Of a stretch of 64,000 bases of DNA, positions 38,648-47,526 are shown in pieces. Under the pieces are notes generated by a model, which saw nothing but the letters and a program-made list of their open reading frames with translations, did not search any database and had not been told where the DNA came from. The stretch's first letter is position 1. Each line of letters starts with the position of its first letter. The translations under genes were made by a program, and so were the position numbers. The stretch covers positions 186,001 to 250,000 of IMG/VR virus record IMGVR_UViG_3300027754_000034; one strand, 5' to 3'.

Positions 38648-39696
38648 ATTCAATCTCCAAGATTCTAAAAATTAGTGGCTCTATTTCGAATACTCGCTTT
38701 AATGGCTTGAGATTGTCTGATGACTCGTCTTATTGGGGGACTCAGAAAACAAACGGGTTCTTTTACTCGTCTTTAGGGTATCTTGTAACTGAGGCTAAAG
38801 ACGTACTCATAGATTTAAAAAATAAGATTCGAAAGTTATTGTCTGATTCTAAAAATGCTAGAGAATTTGCTGAATCCTTAGATAAGGAAAAGGGAAAAAA
38901 GATAATCGATTTAGAGTCGATACTTAAGGCTCACAAGTTGTGGGAGGATAAGTTAAAGAAACAAGCTTCTTCTCGCCTAGCCATTTTTGGGCTTAAAAGT
39001 CCATTACAAACAATTCTTGATACAAAAGATGATGCTCTTGATACGCCACCAAGTGTAATCGAGCAGCAGTTTAAGTATAATAAGAAATTTTTTAACTTGG
39101 TTAAAAAGATTCAAGATGAATATGAAGTATTAATACAGAATCCTTCAGAAGATTCAGAAGATAATGCAGAAAAGCTGCTTCGGGATATAGATGAAGCGTT
39201 AGACATGTCATCAGGAATCCTATCTAAAATTTACCATGAACCGTCGTCCAAGGCTGTTCCTAAAAAGCCTCTTCCACCCAAACGGAAGCCTGAATATACA
39301 GAATTAACGGATGAACAATTAGAATTTATAGAGCCGGAGCAGGAATATGCGGAAGTAACTGATGGACAGTTACAATTTGTAAAGGATCCACCTCAAACAA
39401 AGTTTAAAAGTCGTCGTAATATAAATCGTGACAAAAAGGAAGAAGAAAAAGCCATAAAGAATCTTCCTGAAATGCGTTCTTATTTTGCAAGGTTACTGAG
39501 AATGAAACCAGAATCTGCGGCATATAAGAGTTCGCTTAAGAAGTTATTTAGTCTGTTAAAAGATAACTTTGGCGAAGAAGCAGATTTGAATACTGTCTTA
39601 ACGGCATCGTCTCACATATCATCATTAATACGTGATAATCAGAGAGTGAGAAATGATGTAGTGGTTTATTTATCAACTTTATGGGGAACTTTATAA
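38644..39696 (+). CDS. Putative internal head protein
   Basis: Helical, charged; SKILKIS leader; KQAS motif. Confidence 0.45.
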   Translation: MNSISKILKISGSISNTRFNGLRLSDDSSYWGTQKTNGFFYSSLGYLVTEAKDVLIDLKNKIRKLLSDSKNAREFAESLDKEKGKKIIDLESILKAHKLWEDKLKKQASSRLAIFGLKSPLQTILDTKDDALDTPPSVIEQQFKYNKKFFNLVKKIQDEYEVLIQNPSEDSEDNAEKLLRDIDEALDMSSGILSKIYHEPSSKAVPKKPLPPKRKPEYTELTDEQLEFIEPEQEYAEVTDGQLQFVKDPPQTKFKSRRNINRDKKEEEKAIKNLPEMRSYFARLLRMKPESAAYKSSLKKLFSLLKDNFGEEADLNTVLTASSHISSLIRDNQRVRNDVVVYLSTLWGTL

Positions 39697-39726
39697 TTTC
39701 TATAAATTTTATAGTTAAGGAATTTT

Positions 39727-41238
39727 ATGCCTCGTAAGCATTATGCAAATGCAATAATTTCTCGACAAAACGTTCCATTTGATGAGTGGATGGACGTATT
39801 GAGAGGACAGAACGAGGGGGCTGTTCCTAAGGATCATATTAATCGGGTAGCAAAAACCGTCTTGCGGAAGTGCGACCCGAATCAGTATTTATTATCCCAT
39901 TCCACTATAGTAGCATCTGTTGATACGATTGAACCCAAGGGAACCAAGACCGGACGGTTAATGAACCGTGGAGTACAGATCGATGTTAGATATCCGGATT
40001 TTAGGATAAAGTCCGGTTGTTTACCGATAATTAACAATAATGGAGACGCTTGGTCTCGTTCATTGTTACTTTCTTCTTATCGTACATTTATAGGTTCTCC
40101 GAATTACTTAGAACATGTCCAGATACCTGAATTATCGAAAGGTTTCATAGTTGATGCTGTGGCCCGTGACTTGGGCGACTCTTGTTATGTCGACATTCTA
40201 GTGGCAACGGACCGAAAGCACGGTCAACTGGTAAATGATATTCTTACCGGGGACATTACTGGAATGTCAATGGGCTGTATTAGTCTATTTACTATATGTA
40301 CTAAGTGTGGAAATGTTGCTTCAGACGATTCTCAGTTATGTCCTTGCATACAATATGAGGGTAAGCATACCGAATTTATTGATGAACAAGGTAATAAACA
40401 GAAAATTGCAGAATTAATTGGGCATGTAATGGTGCCAAACAGTAACCAATTTATTGAAGCAAGTTGGGTGAAGAATCCAGCTTTTACTGGTGCCGTAAGA
40501 AGAAATTTCTTAAATCAAAATATGATTCAAACAGCAGCAAAGATCAATGACGCTGCTGAAGTTTATGAAATCAAGCGATCTATGCCTGATTTAGATGGTA
40601 TGAAGAGAGCTGCTTTTACTTATAGAAAATCGGATGATGACGAGACACAGGATATCGGAGACGGTCAGGAGCCTTCTCAATCACAGAATGGTCCTTCCTC
40701 AGATTCCGAACGACCGGTCAAGAGTGACCAGCTGAATTCTCTTATTGATAAAGTTCAGGAGCAACTCCTGAGCTTAATAATGGAGAATCTCTCTGATCGG
40801 CTAAAACCGAAGCCTGAGGATGTGGGAACCGTAGTTTCTGCTCCAGTAGATCTAACTGCCGGAAACGATAATATCATTCATAGTTCGGCAGATTTCGAGC
40901 GCCATGTAAAGCGCAAATTCGCTAGTTCTACATCATTAGCGGACTGGGCAATTAAAACCCATAAGATTGTTCATGAAGGAGGAGTTAAATCTATAAAAGC
41001 GGCACGTCTAAAACCGCAAGATTTAATAATCCTTTCATGGGTTGTTGATAATGTTAATGGCAGGAGATACGCTTCTGACCTTTATCAATTGTCAATTAAA
41101 ATTGGGCCTTTGAGCAACTATCCAAACGAGATATCCTTTTTAACAGCGTGTTCTATCAAATTTGGTCGCGATTTAACGGCCAAAGAGGAGAGATTCTTAG
41201 TCTGGAAGGGTAAAATCGCGAGTATTGCGTGCTTTTAG
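39727..41238 (+). CDS. Capsid maturation (prohead) protease with Zn-finger insert
   Basis: NNNGDAW, YLEH (catalytic His), MSMGC (catalytic Ser), CTKCGN...CPC, FIEASWVKNPAF; sits before scaffold and MCP. Confidence 0.75.
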   Translation: MPRKHYANAIISRQNVPFDEWMDVLRGQNEGAVPKDHINRVAKTVLRKCDPNQYLLSHSTIVASVDTIEPKGTKTGRLMNRGVQIDVRYPDFRIKSGCLPIINNNGDAWSRSLLLSSYRTFIGSPNYLEHVQIPELSKGFIVDAVARDLGDSCYVDILVATDRKHGQLVNDILTGDITGMSMGCISLFTICTKCGNVASDDSQLCPCIQYEGKHTEFIDEQGNKQKIAELIGHVMVPNSNQFIEASWVKNPAFTGAVRRNFLNQNMIQTAAKINDAAEVYEIKRSMPDLDGMKRAAFTYRKSDDDETQDIGDGQEPSQSQNGPSSDSERPVKSDQLNSLIDKVQEQLLSLIMENLSDRLKPKPEDVGTVVSAPVDLTAGNDNIIHSSADFERHVKRKFASSTSLADWAIKTHKIVHEGGVKSIKAARLKPQDLIILSWVVDNVNGRRYASDLYQLSIKIGPLSNYPNEISFLTACSIKFGRDLTAKEERFLVWKGKIASIACF

Positions 41239-41278
41239 GGCCTTGATAAGTTATTGATTAACAGGAGACAGATTTAAT

Positions 41279-42514
41279 ATGCGTACACGTACCACCTGGC
41301 AGGGCAAGGGAAGCGAAACCGCGCGTCAGGCGACAACGGTCCGCCGTGCGGATATCTATGACATGAACTTTGGAGGACCACGTCCCCAACCTGCTCCGGA
41401 CCAATATATGGCTCCGGATGCAGGTCCAGATAAGTGGGCGGAGACTCCAGCGTCATATGACCGTATTTCTGAAGAGTATGATTCAAAGGGTCATGTTCTT
41501 CGCAACGAAAACGGTATGGCGGAGTTCCGGAAAAATACTTTTGATCGTCCTTCATGGGGTGACGAGAAGAAATATGACAACCGTACAGCTTCAGAACGCA
41601 AGGCAGTTGCCGCTCACAGACTTGCTTCATATTTATTAAAGACAACTGACCGTGGCCTTGTTCGCAAGGTCGCTCTCGGATTCATGTCAATGCCCGATGC
41701 AGCTGTTAGTACAGCTCTTCGTGCAGTTGATCAGATTTCTCCCAAGTCTCTCCCAGATGAATCTCGGTTCAAGCGTGCCTTTGCTTGTACTAAGTTAGCA
41801 GCTGGAATGCTTGGCGATGGTTCTACAGAGGAGTCAGTCGAACGTCTCGCTCGTTCGATCTACGAGGTCGACGACCCTACTCTTCGTTCCATTGTGAAGT
41901 CTGTTGCTATGGCGAAGATCGCCCAGCAGCAAGAGGAAGAGGAAGAGGAAGAGGAAGAGGAAGAGGAAGAGGAAGAGAAAGATGCCTCTTCTATGAAGCC
42001 TGAGCATCCTGCTAAGCAAGCTCAGGAAGAGGAAGAGAAAGATGCCTCTTCTATGAAGCCTGAGCATCCTGCTAAGCAAGCTCAGGAAGAGGAAGAGGAA
42101 GAGGACTCCTGTGGTTCTGATTCCATGATGGGTGGCATGCATGCTCAGGCAGAAGAGGAAGAGGAAGAGGAAGAGGAGGATGAATCCGGCGTCCCAGTTG
42201 ATGTCCAGATTATGCTCGAGCAAATGAAGCTTCCTGCCATGAGCGGTCTTCCTGCCATGTCAGAGTCTCCTGCAGCTCCTGCAGCTCCTGCAGCTCCTGC
42301 AGCTCCTGCAGCTTCGGTTGCAGCTTCTTTAGAGGCTCTTTTTTCTGATGATCCTGAGGTTCAGGCTCACCGCGAAATCATGGCAGCTTCAAACCCTGGC
42401 TTTAAGTCAGGACGAGTTGCCTCGACCAGTGGTGCTAAGAAGCTCGGTAAAGTCCAAGCTTCCGATCAGAAGAACGCAACTTCTTCTTTAGAAGCATTGT
42501 GGGATCGTTCCTGA
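41279..42514 (+). CDS. Scaffold-like acidic head protein
   Basis: Between protease and capsid genes; poly-Glu tracts, disordered repeats. Confidence 0.6.
   Translation: MRTRTTWQGKGSETARQATTVRRADIYDMNFGGPRPQPAPDQYMAPDAGPDKWAETPASYDRISEEYDSKGHVLRNENGMAEFRKNTFDRPSWGDEKKYDNRTASERKAVAAHRLASYLLKTTDRGLVRKVALGFMSMPDAAVSTALRAVDQISPKSLPDESRFKRAFACTKLAAGMLGDGSTEESVERLARSIYEVDDPTLRSIVKSVAMAKIAQQQEEEEEEEEEEEEEEEKDASSMKPEHPAKQAQEEEEKDASSMKPEHPAKQAQEEEEEEDSCGSDSMMGGMHAQAEEEEEEEEEDESGVPVDVQIMLEQMKLPAMSGLPAMSESPAAPAAPAAPAAPAASVAASLEALFSDDPEVQAHREIMAASNPGFKSGRVASTSGAKKLGKVQASDQKNATSSLEALWDRS
41930..42100 (+). repeat. (GAGGAA)n poly-Glu tracts and a 60-nt tandem duplication
   Basis: EEEEKDASSMKPEHPAKQAQ occurs twice in tandem. 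Confidence 0.9.
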
Positions 42515-42525
42515 AATAAAATTTT

Positions 42526-42561
42526 AACCCCAGATGGAGACTAAGGTTTTCATCTGGGGTT
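42526..42561 (+). terminator. Hairpin terminator after the scaffold gene
   Basis: aaccccagatg...catctggggtt followed by T run. Confidence 0.7.
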
Positions 42562-42720
42562 TTAGATAAAGAAACGCAGACTTTTACAGAACCTAGGGAA
42601 GTTTTTAGGGAAATATAAACAACAATTTGGACGGATTCGCGGAATAGGCCGGACTGAATTCACAGATTGTAAAAATTCATTGTTTACCCGAAAAGCTGAC
42701 TGAAGGACTGGAGTAATAAA

Positions 42721-43371
42721 ATGGGAATCGGCGGACAAGCATCAGGCGATTTTAAGCTTGACAATAGTGCGCTGCGTATCCTCTACTCGCTTATCAAGGA
42801 TACTATTCCTTCTTTAGCGAGCGATGGATTTACGCAGAATAATCCTTCTGTCGTAGTGGCAGCTGCGAACGCTTCAACAACCTTTCCTGTGGACGTCAAG
42901 AAGGGCGTTCTTGGTGGTTCTTGTGCGTTCCTTCGTCCCGACGTGGGTTCTAACGTAGTTGGCGGTGCCGTAGTCGATGGCATGGGCGACTATTACGTTG
43001 GTACGCGTCCAGTAGGTCTTTTCATCAATGACGCCAAGGGTGGCGCATATGAGAACACACCTTCGGTGGCTTCGGGCAAATGCCCGTTCCTTCGTGGTGG
43101 TTCCGTTGGTGTTAAGATTTATGAGACCCAGAAGCAGATTGGTGCTGATGATGACCTCACCTACTTGGTTGGTGATTTCCTCTACGCCTCAGTCAATGGC
43201 CTTCTGACCAAGAACTGGGAAGACTCGTACGAGAAGCAGTGGATTGACACTGCTACTACGGGCAGCGGCGCGGGTGGCGTTGCAATTGAACCGGATGTCA
43301 CCCGTATGGGTGTTGTCCTTTCACCCCCAGATGCAAACTCATCGGAGCTGTTCCTCGCGCTCTTCTTCTGA
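42721..43371 (+). CDS. Capsid decoration/minor capsid protein
   Basis: Immediately upstream of MCP; YENTPSVASGK...YET...GDFLYAS.NGLLT; strong codon bias. Confidence 0.6.
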   Translation: MGIGGQASGDFKLDNSALRILYSLIKDTIPSLASDGFTQNNPSVVVAAANASTTFPVDVKKGVLGGSCAFLRPDVGSNVVGGAVVDGMGDYYVGTRPVGLFINDAKGGAYENTPSVASGKCPFLRGGSVGVKIYETQKQIGADDDLTYLVGDFLYASVNGLLTKNWEDSYEKQWIDTATTGSGAGGVAIEPDVTRMGVVLSPPDANSSELFLALFF

Positions 43372-43398
43372 GCCTAGGACAGAGAAAGGACTATTATT

Positions 43399-44286
43399 AT
43401 GGCATACGGAGTACAGGTGGTTGATAACGCCATCAAAGAGCAGATTGTTGACAAGTTCATTGGAACGAGCGCTGGTCGTCGCCACTTAGCGGCTTCTATG
43501 ATTCAGCCTCTTCGCGAGCGTCGCGATTATTCGTCCGTTGGCCGCAAGACGTTCCTCGTCGAGCAGCTACCGGACGGAGCGCTTCCCATCTACGACAAGG
43601 ACCCCGACGTCGTTGCTTACGTCATCGGGGAAGAAGGCGAGTCGATCACGGCGGTTTCTAAGCCCCGCCGTGTTATCTTCCCGCTCTTCGAGATCGCGGC
43701 CCTCCCCAAGGCTCCTCTTACGCAGATCAAGGAGCGTCGTTACGACCTCCTCAAGCGTATGCAGGACCTTGGTAAGGCTCAGATCCAGGCTGCTGAGGAC
43801 GATCGCGTGTTCAGCATCCTCGATGCTATCGCGGTTAATGGCTTCGACAGCCTTCCTGGTGGTACGAACCCGGATATTCCGGTCGTTGCTCCCATCTCGC
43901 CTGCCATCCTTGCGGATGCGTTTGCCGAGATCGAGCGCCACGACCTGCGTGTTGCTCGCGTTTATATGAACGCGACCGATTACGCAGACGTTCGTAAGTT
44001 CGGACGCGACGTTCTCGATATCGAGAGCCAAGCGACGCTCTGGAAGACCGGTATGATGGCAACGGGCTGGAACGCCCAGTTCATCGTCTCGCGTCTCGTT
44101 CCCGCAGGCGTTGTTTACGTCTGCTGCGAGCCCGAGATGTTTGGTCGCATCCCGGTTCGTACTGAGCTGACCGTATTGAGCGCGGATAATCCCGAAGAGC
44201 GCACAATCGGGTTCAGCATGTTTGAGAATCTTGGTATTGGCGCATACAATCCACGCGGATTAGTGCGCCTCATCGTCCAACGCTGA
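43399..44286 (+). CDS. Major capsid protein (HK97 fold, Bxz1/cluster C-like)
   Basis: LAASMIQPL..RRDY..VGRK...VEQLPDGALP.YD, FEIAALP, QAAED; strong codon bias; terminator follows. Confidence 0.85.
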   Translation: MAYGVQVVDNAIKEQIVDKFIGTSAGRRHLAASMIQPLRERRDYSSVGRKTFLVEQLPDGALPIYDKDPDVVAYVIGEEGESITAVSKPRRVIFPLFEIAALPKAPLTQIKERRYDLLKRMQDLGKAQIQAAEDDRVFSILDAIAVNGFDSLPGGTNPDIPVVAPISPAILADAFAEIERHDLRVARVYMNATDYADVRKFGRDVLDIESQATLWKTGMMATGWNAQFIVSRLVPAGVVYVCCEPEMFGRIPVRTELTVLSADNPEERTIGFSMFENLGIGAYNPRGLVRLIVQR

Positions 44287-44306
44287 TTTTCGGAATTCCG
44301 GAAATC

Positions 44307-44342
44307 ATTAAGCCCCGGTCCTTGATTGGATCGGGGCTTAAT
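44307..44342 (+). terminator. Rho-independent terminator after MCP
   Basis: attaagccccggtcc-ttgatt-ggatcggggcttaat then tgtttt. Confidence 0.8.
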
Positions 44343-44390
44343 TGTTTTATATCCCAGTACAGAGGCTTATAACCAAATGTAAAATTTTAT

Positions 44391-45893
44391 ATGATGTGCA
44401 GAATATGCAATGCTGTTAGCCAGCACGATCTTTGCAATGTATGTCGTCAGGATACTAACTACTTAGTAAAATACCCAGTATTAAAGAATATCCTTACAGA
44501 TTCAGCCTTAGAGGTCTTGGATTTTAATCCCTCGCGCTCTGACTTTCAACGAGTAGACGTTATATGTGGTGAATGCAAGAGTACTAATAATATAGATTTA
44601 GTTAGCATCCTTAAATATATAAGACGTCATCTAAAAAAGAATCCCTATAACATATATAAGTGTCATTCATGTTCTAAAAGAGGGGAATCTCTCATTAGTC
44701 TCAAAGAGGTGATGCCGATCATAGATATGAAACTCACACAGGAAAAACATGGTGGAATAGGTAAAAATGTAAAAAAGTCCCTTGTTGTGGTCAAATGCGA
44801 GGATTGTTATGAACTATCAGACATTAAGTTAAGTAGTTTACTGCATGGGGCTAGAAGGCATCAGAAGCTAGGTCGAAAGTGTATTTACAAGTGTTTTAAG
44901 TGTGGTGTTCTATTGCCGGATGCCATAAAGAAGTCCAATGATGCCAGAGCTAAGCAGTTAGCTGTAGGAGCCCGTTCTCATATCGAAGTCGCTTTAGCCA
45001 ATAGATTAAAGGCTTTGAATATAGAATATGAGGAGTAGTTTCGTACCGATATGTATGTTTGGGACTTTTACCTCCCTAAGTATTTATTATTAATAGATGT
45101 AAATGGAGAATACTGGTATGGACTATCTCGGAATAAATCAAAAGATAAGTCTAAACTGACTTATGTAGAAAATTATCTACCTGAATATAAAACCCTAATC
45201 ATAGAGGAAAAGCGTTTTCTAAACCCCTTGATGGTAGATAAAATAATTAAGGACGCCATAGGAGAATCTAAGAAGATTACGGTAGAAGAGTTTAGCTTAT
45301 TGGATGTGATCATTAATCAGTCCTCAAAGGTATCTAAGTCCAAAAGGTCTACGGAATCTGATTTTTTAAACTCTTATCATTACTCAGGATTTGGTCGGAA
45401 CGGGAAATTAGTAATTACGGCACATCTTAATGAATCATTGGTGGCACTTTGTAAATTTAGTGGTACGACTCGACAAGGCACTGCTAAGTCTTTGGGTTAT
45501 AAATGTTATGAAGTCCTGGAACTTGACAGATTCTGCATACATCCTTCTTATCATAAAAAGAACTTCGCTTCTTGGTTTTTGTCACGATGTATGAAATTAG
45601 TATTTGAATCGAATAAACTTATGCAATGTTTGGTATCATTCGCAGATCCCACATATGGTCATACCGGCACTATTTATAAAGCCACAAATTGGGAAATGAA
45701 AGGCAAAACCAATCCAAGTTACCATTATATGGATCACTTAGGGGTTCCAGTCAATAAGAAGAGGATTTATGACTTTGCACAAAAACTTCGGATGAAGGAA
45801 GCTGAATATGTTGAACTTCATGGACTACAGAAGTTCTCTGAATTACCCAAGATTAAATATGTTTACAAGCGTTTTTCATCCGGGTCTAGATAG
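44391..45893 (+). pseudogene. Zn-ribbon repeats + degenerate endonuclease + Mom-like GNAT fusion, copy B, split by an in-frame TAG at 45036..45038
   Basis: ORFs 44391..45038 and 45051..45893 are in the same frame; YEE*FRTDMYVWDFYLP aligns to YKEQYVVGPYIFDFYLP of copy C. Confidence 0.75.
45051..45893 (+). CDS. Mom-family GNAT DNA modification protein (possible independent restart)
   Basis: YHYSG, LELDRFC, SWFLSR, VSFADPTYGHTGTIYKATNW match the Mu Mom family pattern. Confidence 0.7.
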   Translation: MYVWDFYLPKYLLLIDVNGEYWYGLSRNKSKDKSKLTYVENYLPEYKTLIIEEKRFLNPLMVDKIIKDAIGESKKITVEEFSLLDVIINQSSKVSKSKRSTESDFLNSYHYSGFGRNGKLVITAHLNESLVALCKFSGTTRQGTAKSLGYKCYEVLELDRFCIHPSYHKKNFASWFLSRCMKLVFESNKLMQCLVSFADPTYGHTGTIYKATNWEMKGKTNPSYHYMDHLGVPVNKKRIYDFAQKLRMKEAEYVELHGLQKFSELPKIKYVYKRFSSGSR

Positions 45894-46040
45894 TTCTGTT
45901 GGTATCATGTTCCAAATGGGTGATGGGGATCATTACCTTTTCATTAGTATGAATTTACTGTGTTGATGTTCGTTCATATTTGTGCTTCGCTATTTATTAG
46001 AACATACTTATCCTTTAATTTTTTATGTCACACATAAAAT

Positions 46041-46541
46041 ATGAATCGTAGTGCTATTTCTCCTTCGCGAATCTCAACGTCTCTGCGTCGCATAGCTTCC
46101 GCTATCGAGAATTCGGAGAATCCCTCACGTGAGTTGGTAGCAAGGGAGTTACAACGTCTAGTAAGAAAAATAGCTGGTAACGAAGACGGAATTTCAGTAC
46201 TTGGTCAAACGGTAAATGTTGAGGTTCCCGGTTTGGGTCTCGTACCTGTAATACTTACTAAAGTCGAATTCTTTGATGAGAAGAATACTCGAAATGTGGT
46301 AGGAACTATAAATGGTTTTATGGTCAAGACTAGTACATACAGTAGATCTTATAAGGTAGATCCTACTGATATCCTTCCTGTGGAGTTAAAGCAATATTTC
46401 GATCCTGAAGGATTCCGACCTGTCGACGCTTTTGCCATCGCAATAGACAAAATTCTTAAGAATTATGGGATAGAGGACGAGTACCCAATTATAGAAAATG
46501 GTATATATTTTTCTAGTGAGCAGGATGACGACTCAATATAA
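46041..46541 (+). CDS. Putative virion-targeted protein
   Basis: LRRIASAIENSENPSRELV...RKIAG leader. Confidence 0.55.
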   Translation: MNRSAISPSRISTSLRRIASAIENSENPSRELVARELQRLVRKIAGNEDGISVLGQTVNVEVPGLGLVPVILTKVEFFDEKNTRNVVGTINGFMVKTSTYSRSYKVDPTDILPVELKQYFDPEGFRPVDAFAIAIDKILKNYGIEDEYPIIENGIYFSSEQDDDSI

Positions 46542-46558
46542 CGATAAAGAATAGTAGA

Positions 46559-46587
46559 CTACAGGATTCCTCATCGAAATCCTGTAG
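46559..46587. terminator. Hairpin downstream of the 46041 gene
   Basis: ctacaggatt...aatcctgtag. Confidence 0.5.
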
Positions 46588-46820
46588 AGTGCTCTACACG
46601 CATTTAATTTATAAAATGTGTTAAGTATATAGGGAAATAAAGTGGAGAAGTATTCATCCTCCCTGGGTCTAAAGTTAGTAAGTACATAACAATGTGATTA
46701 AAGAAACTCGGGATATTGAAGTTCAGTATAAACCCGGCCCACATGACGACGTTAGAACATGTGGTTCCTTTATATAATAAAAACCAGGAATAACTAATGA
46801 TTTTTTTAGTATAGTATTCT

Positions 46821-47054
46821 GTGATACAGATAAAATTTTCTAAATTTGATGGTGGTAACATAGTATCAGCTGGCGGAGATTTAGTAGAAGTCACTGATAA
46901 ATATGTAATAGTTAAACATCAAGATGTCAGTTACTCCTTCCGAAGGACTCCCGGTTCTAAATCGGGATATGGTATTGGGGCGGCAAAAAATTGGAGGCTG
47001 GGGTTAGAAGAAAGAAACCAGCATGTTCACCCTGAAAATCTGAAGAAAAGATAA
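46821..47054 (+). CDS. Hypothetical protein
   Basis: 77 aa, GTG start, followed by a hairpin. Confidence 0.45.
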   Translation: MIQIKFSKFDGGNIVSAGGDLVEVTDKYVIVKHQDVSYSFRRTPGSKSGYGIGAAKNWRLGLEERNQHVHPENLKKR

Positions 47055-47091
47055 TTTAACCATCAATATATAAGCTATTGATGGTTAAATT
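47053..47091. terminator. 16-bp inverted repeat hairpin
   Basis: aatttaaccatcaata-tataagc-tattgatggttaaatt. Confidence 0.6.
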
Positions 47092-47119
47092 TTGTGTAAC
47101 TTCCTAACGGAGAATTTCT

Positions 47120-47380
47120 ATGAAAATGCTTAACGTTGTTTCAGTTTTGATTCTAGCTCTCGTGTCTTGTGGTAAGGACGAAAGTAAGCCTGTTGATGCC
47201 GCTTCTTCGGCTTCCGTGGGCTCTGGTGGCTCCGGTGGTGCCAAAATGGTTAGTGGTTCAGGAGGCGCAGACGGAGACGGAGGAACGGGCGGAGCGGTTG
47301 CATCCTCGGTTTCCGGTTCTGGTGGAGCCGGTATGGGTGGTTCTGGTGGAGCCGGAATGGGTGGTTCTGGCGGCAAGTGA
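47120..47380 (+). CDS. Small Gly-rich lipoprotein
   Basis: Signal peptide with LVSC lipobox, GSGG/GAGMGG repeats; GGAG RBS. Confidence 0.75.
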   Translation: MKMLNVVSVLILALVSCGKDESKPVDAASSASVGSGGSGGAKMVSGSGGADGDGGTGGAVASSVSGSGGAGMGGSGGAGMGGSGGK

Positions 47381-47401
47381 CTATCTAGCATATAATGTCC
47401 A

Positions 47402-47433
47402 AGGGGAAACGACCGATATCAGTCGTTTCCCCT
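47402..47433 (+). terminator. Terminator hairpin
   Basis: aggggaaacgac...gtcgtttcccct with downstream T tract. Confidence 0.7.
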
Positions 47434-47526
47434 CATTAGTTTTTTCATATTGATTTGGTTTGTGGACCAGAAGATTTTTTCTTCTTCCATTTCTTACATT
47501 GTGCTACTTCTAAATAATCGGAAAGA

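Noticed and set aside
3501-41238. Inteins or group I introns in nrdJ, dnaX, terL or portal
   Set aside because: Lengths and motif spacing are normal; no intein termini or interrupted frames were seen
42515-42720. Structured ncRNA or riboswitch upstream of the capsid genes
   Set aside because: Only the terminator hairpin is evident; no recognisable aptamer by eye. An Infernal/Rfam search would be needed
43538-44062. Alternative-frame and antisense ORFs within MCP
   Set aside because: Expected from GC-rich codon bias reducing stop codons
44287-44304. Near-palindrome ttttcggaattccggaaa directly after the MCP stop
   Set aside because: Short and imperfect, adjacent to a clear terminator; no independent evidence of function
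45036-45038. Genome-wide TAG-to-Gln recoding (code 15), suggested by the amber aligning to Gln
   Set aside because: Long conserved ORFs contain no internal TAG, and TAG ends genes at natural C-termini (nrdJ CVGGACALV, portal 34840, protease 41238)
46604-46894. Minus-strand 96-aa ORF
   Set aside because: It overlaps the 46821 gene, has no convincing start or RBS and no motif
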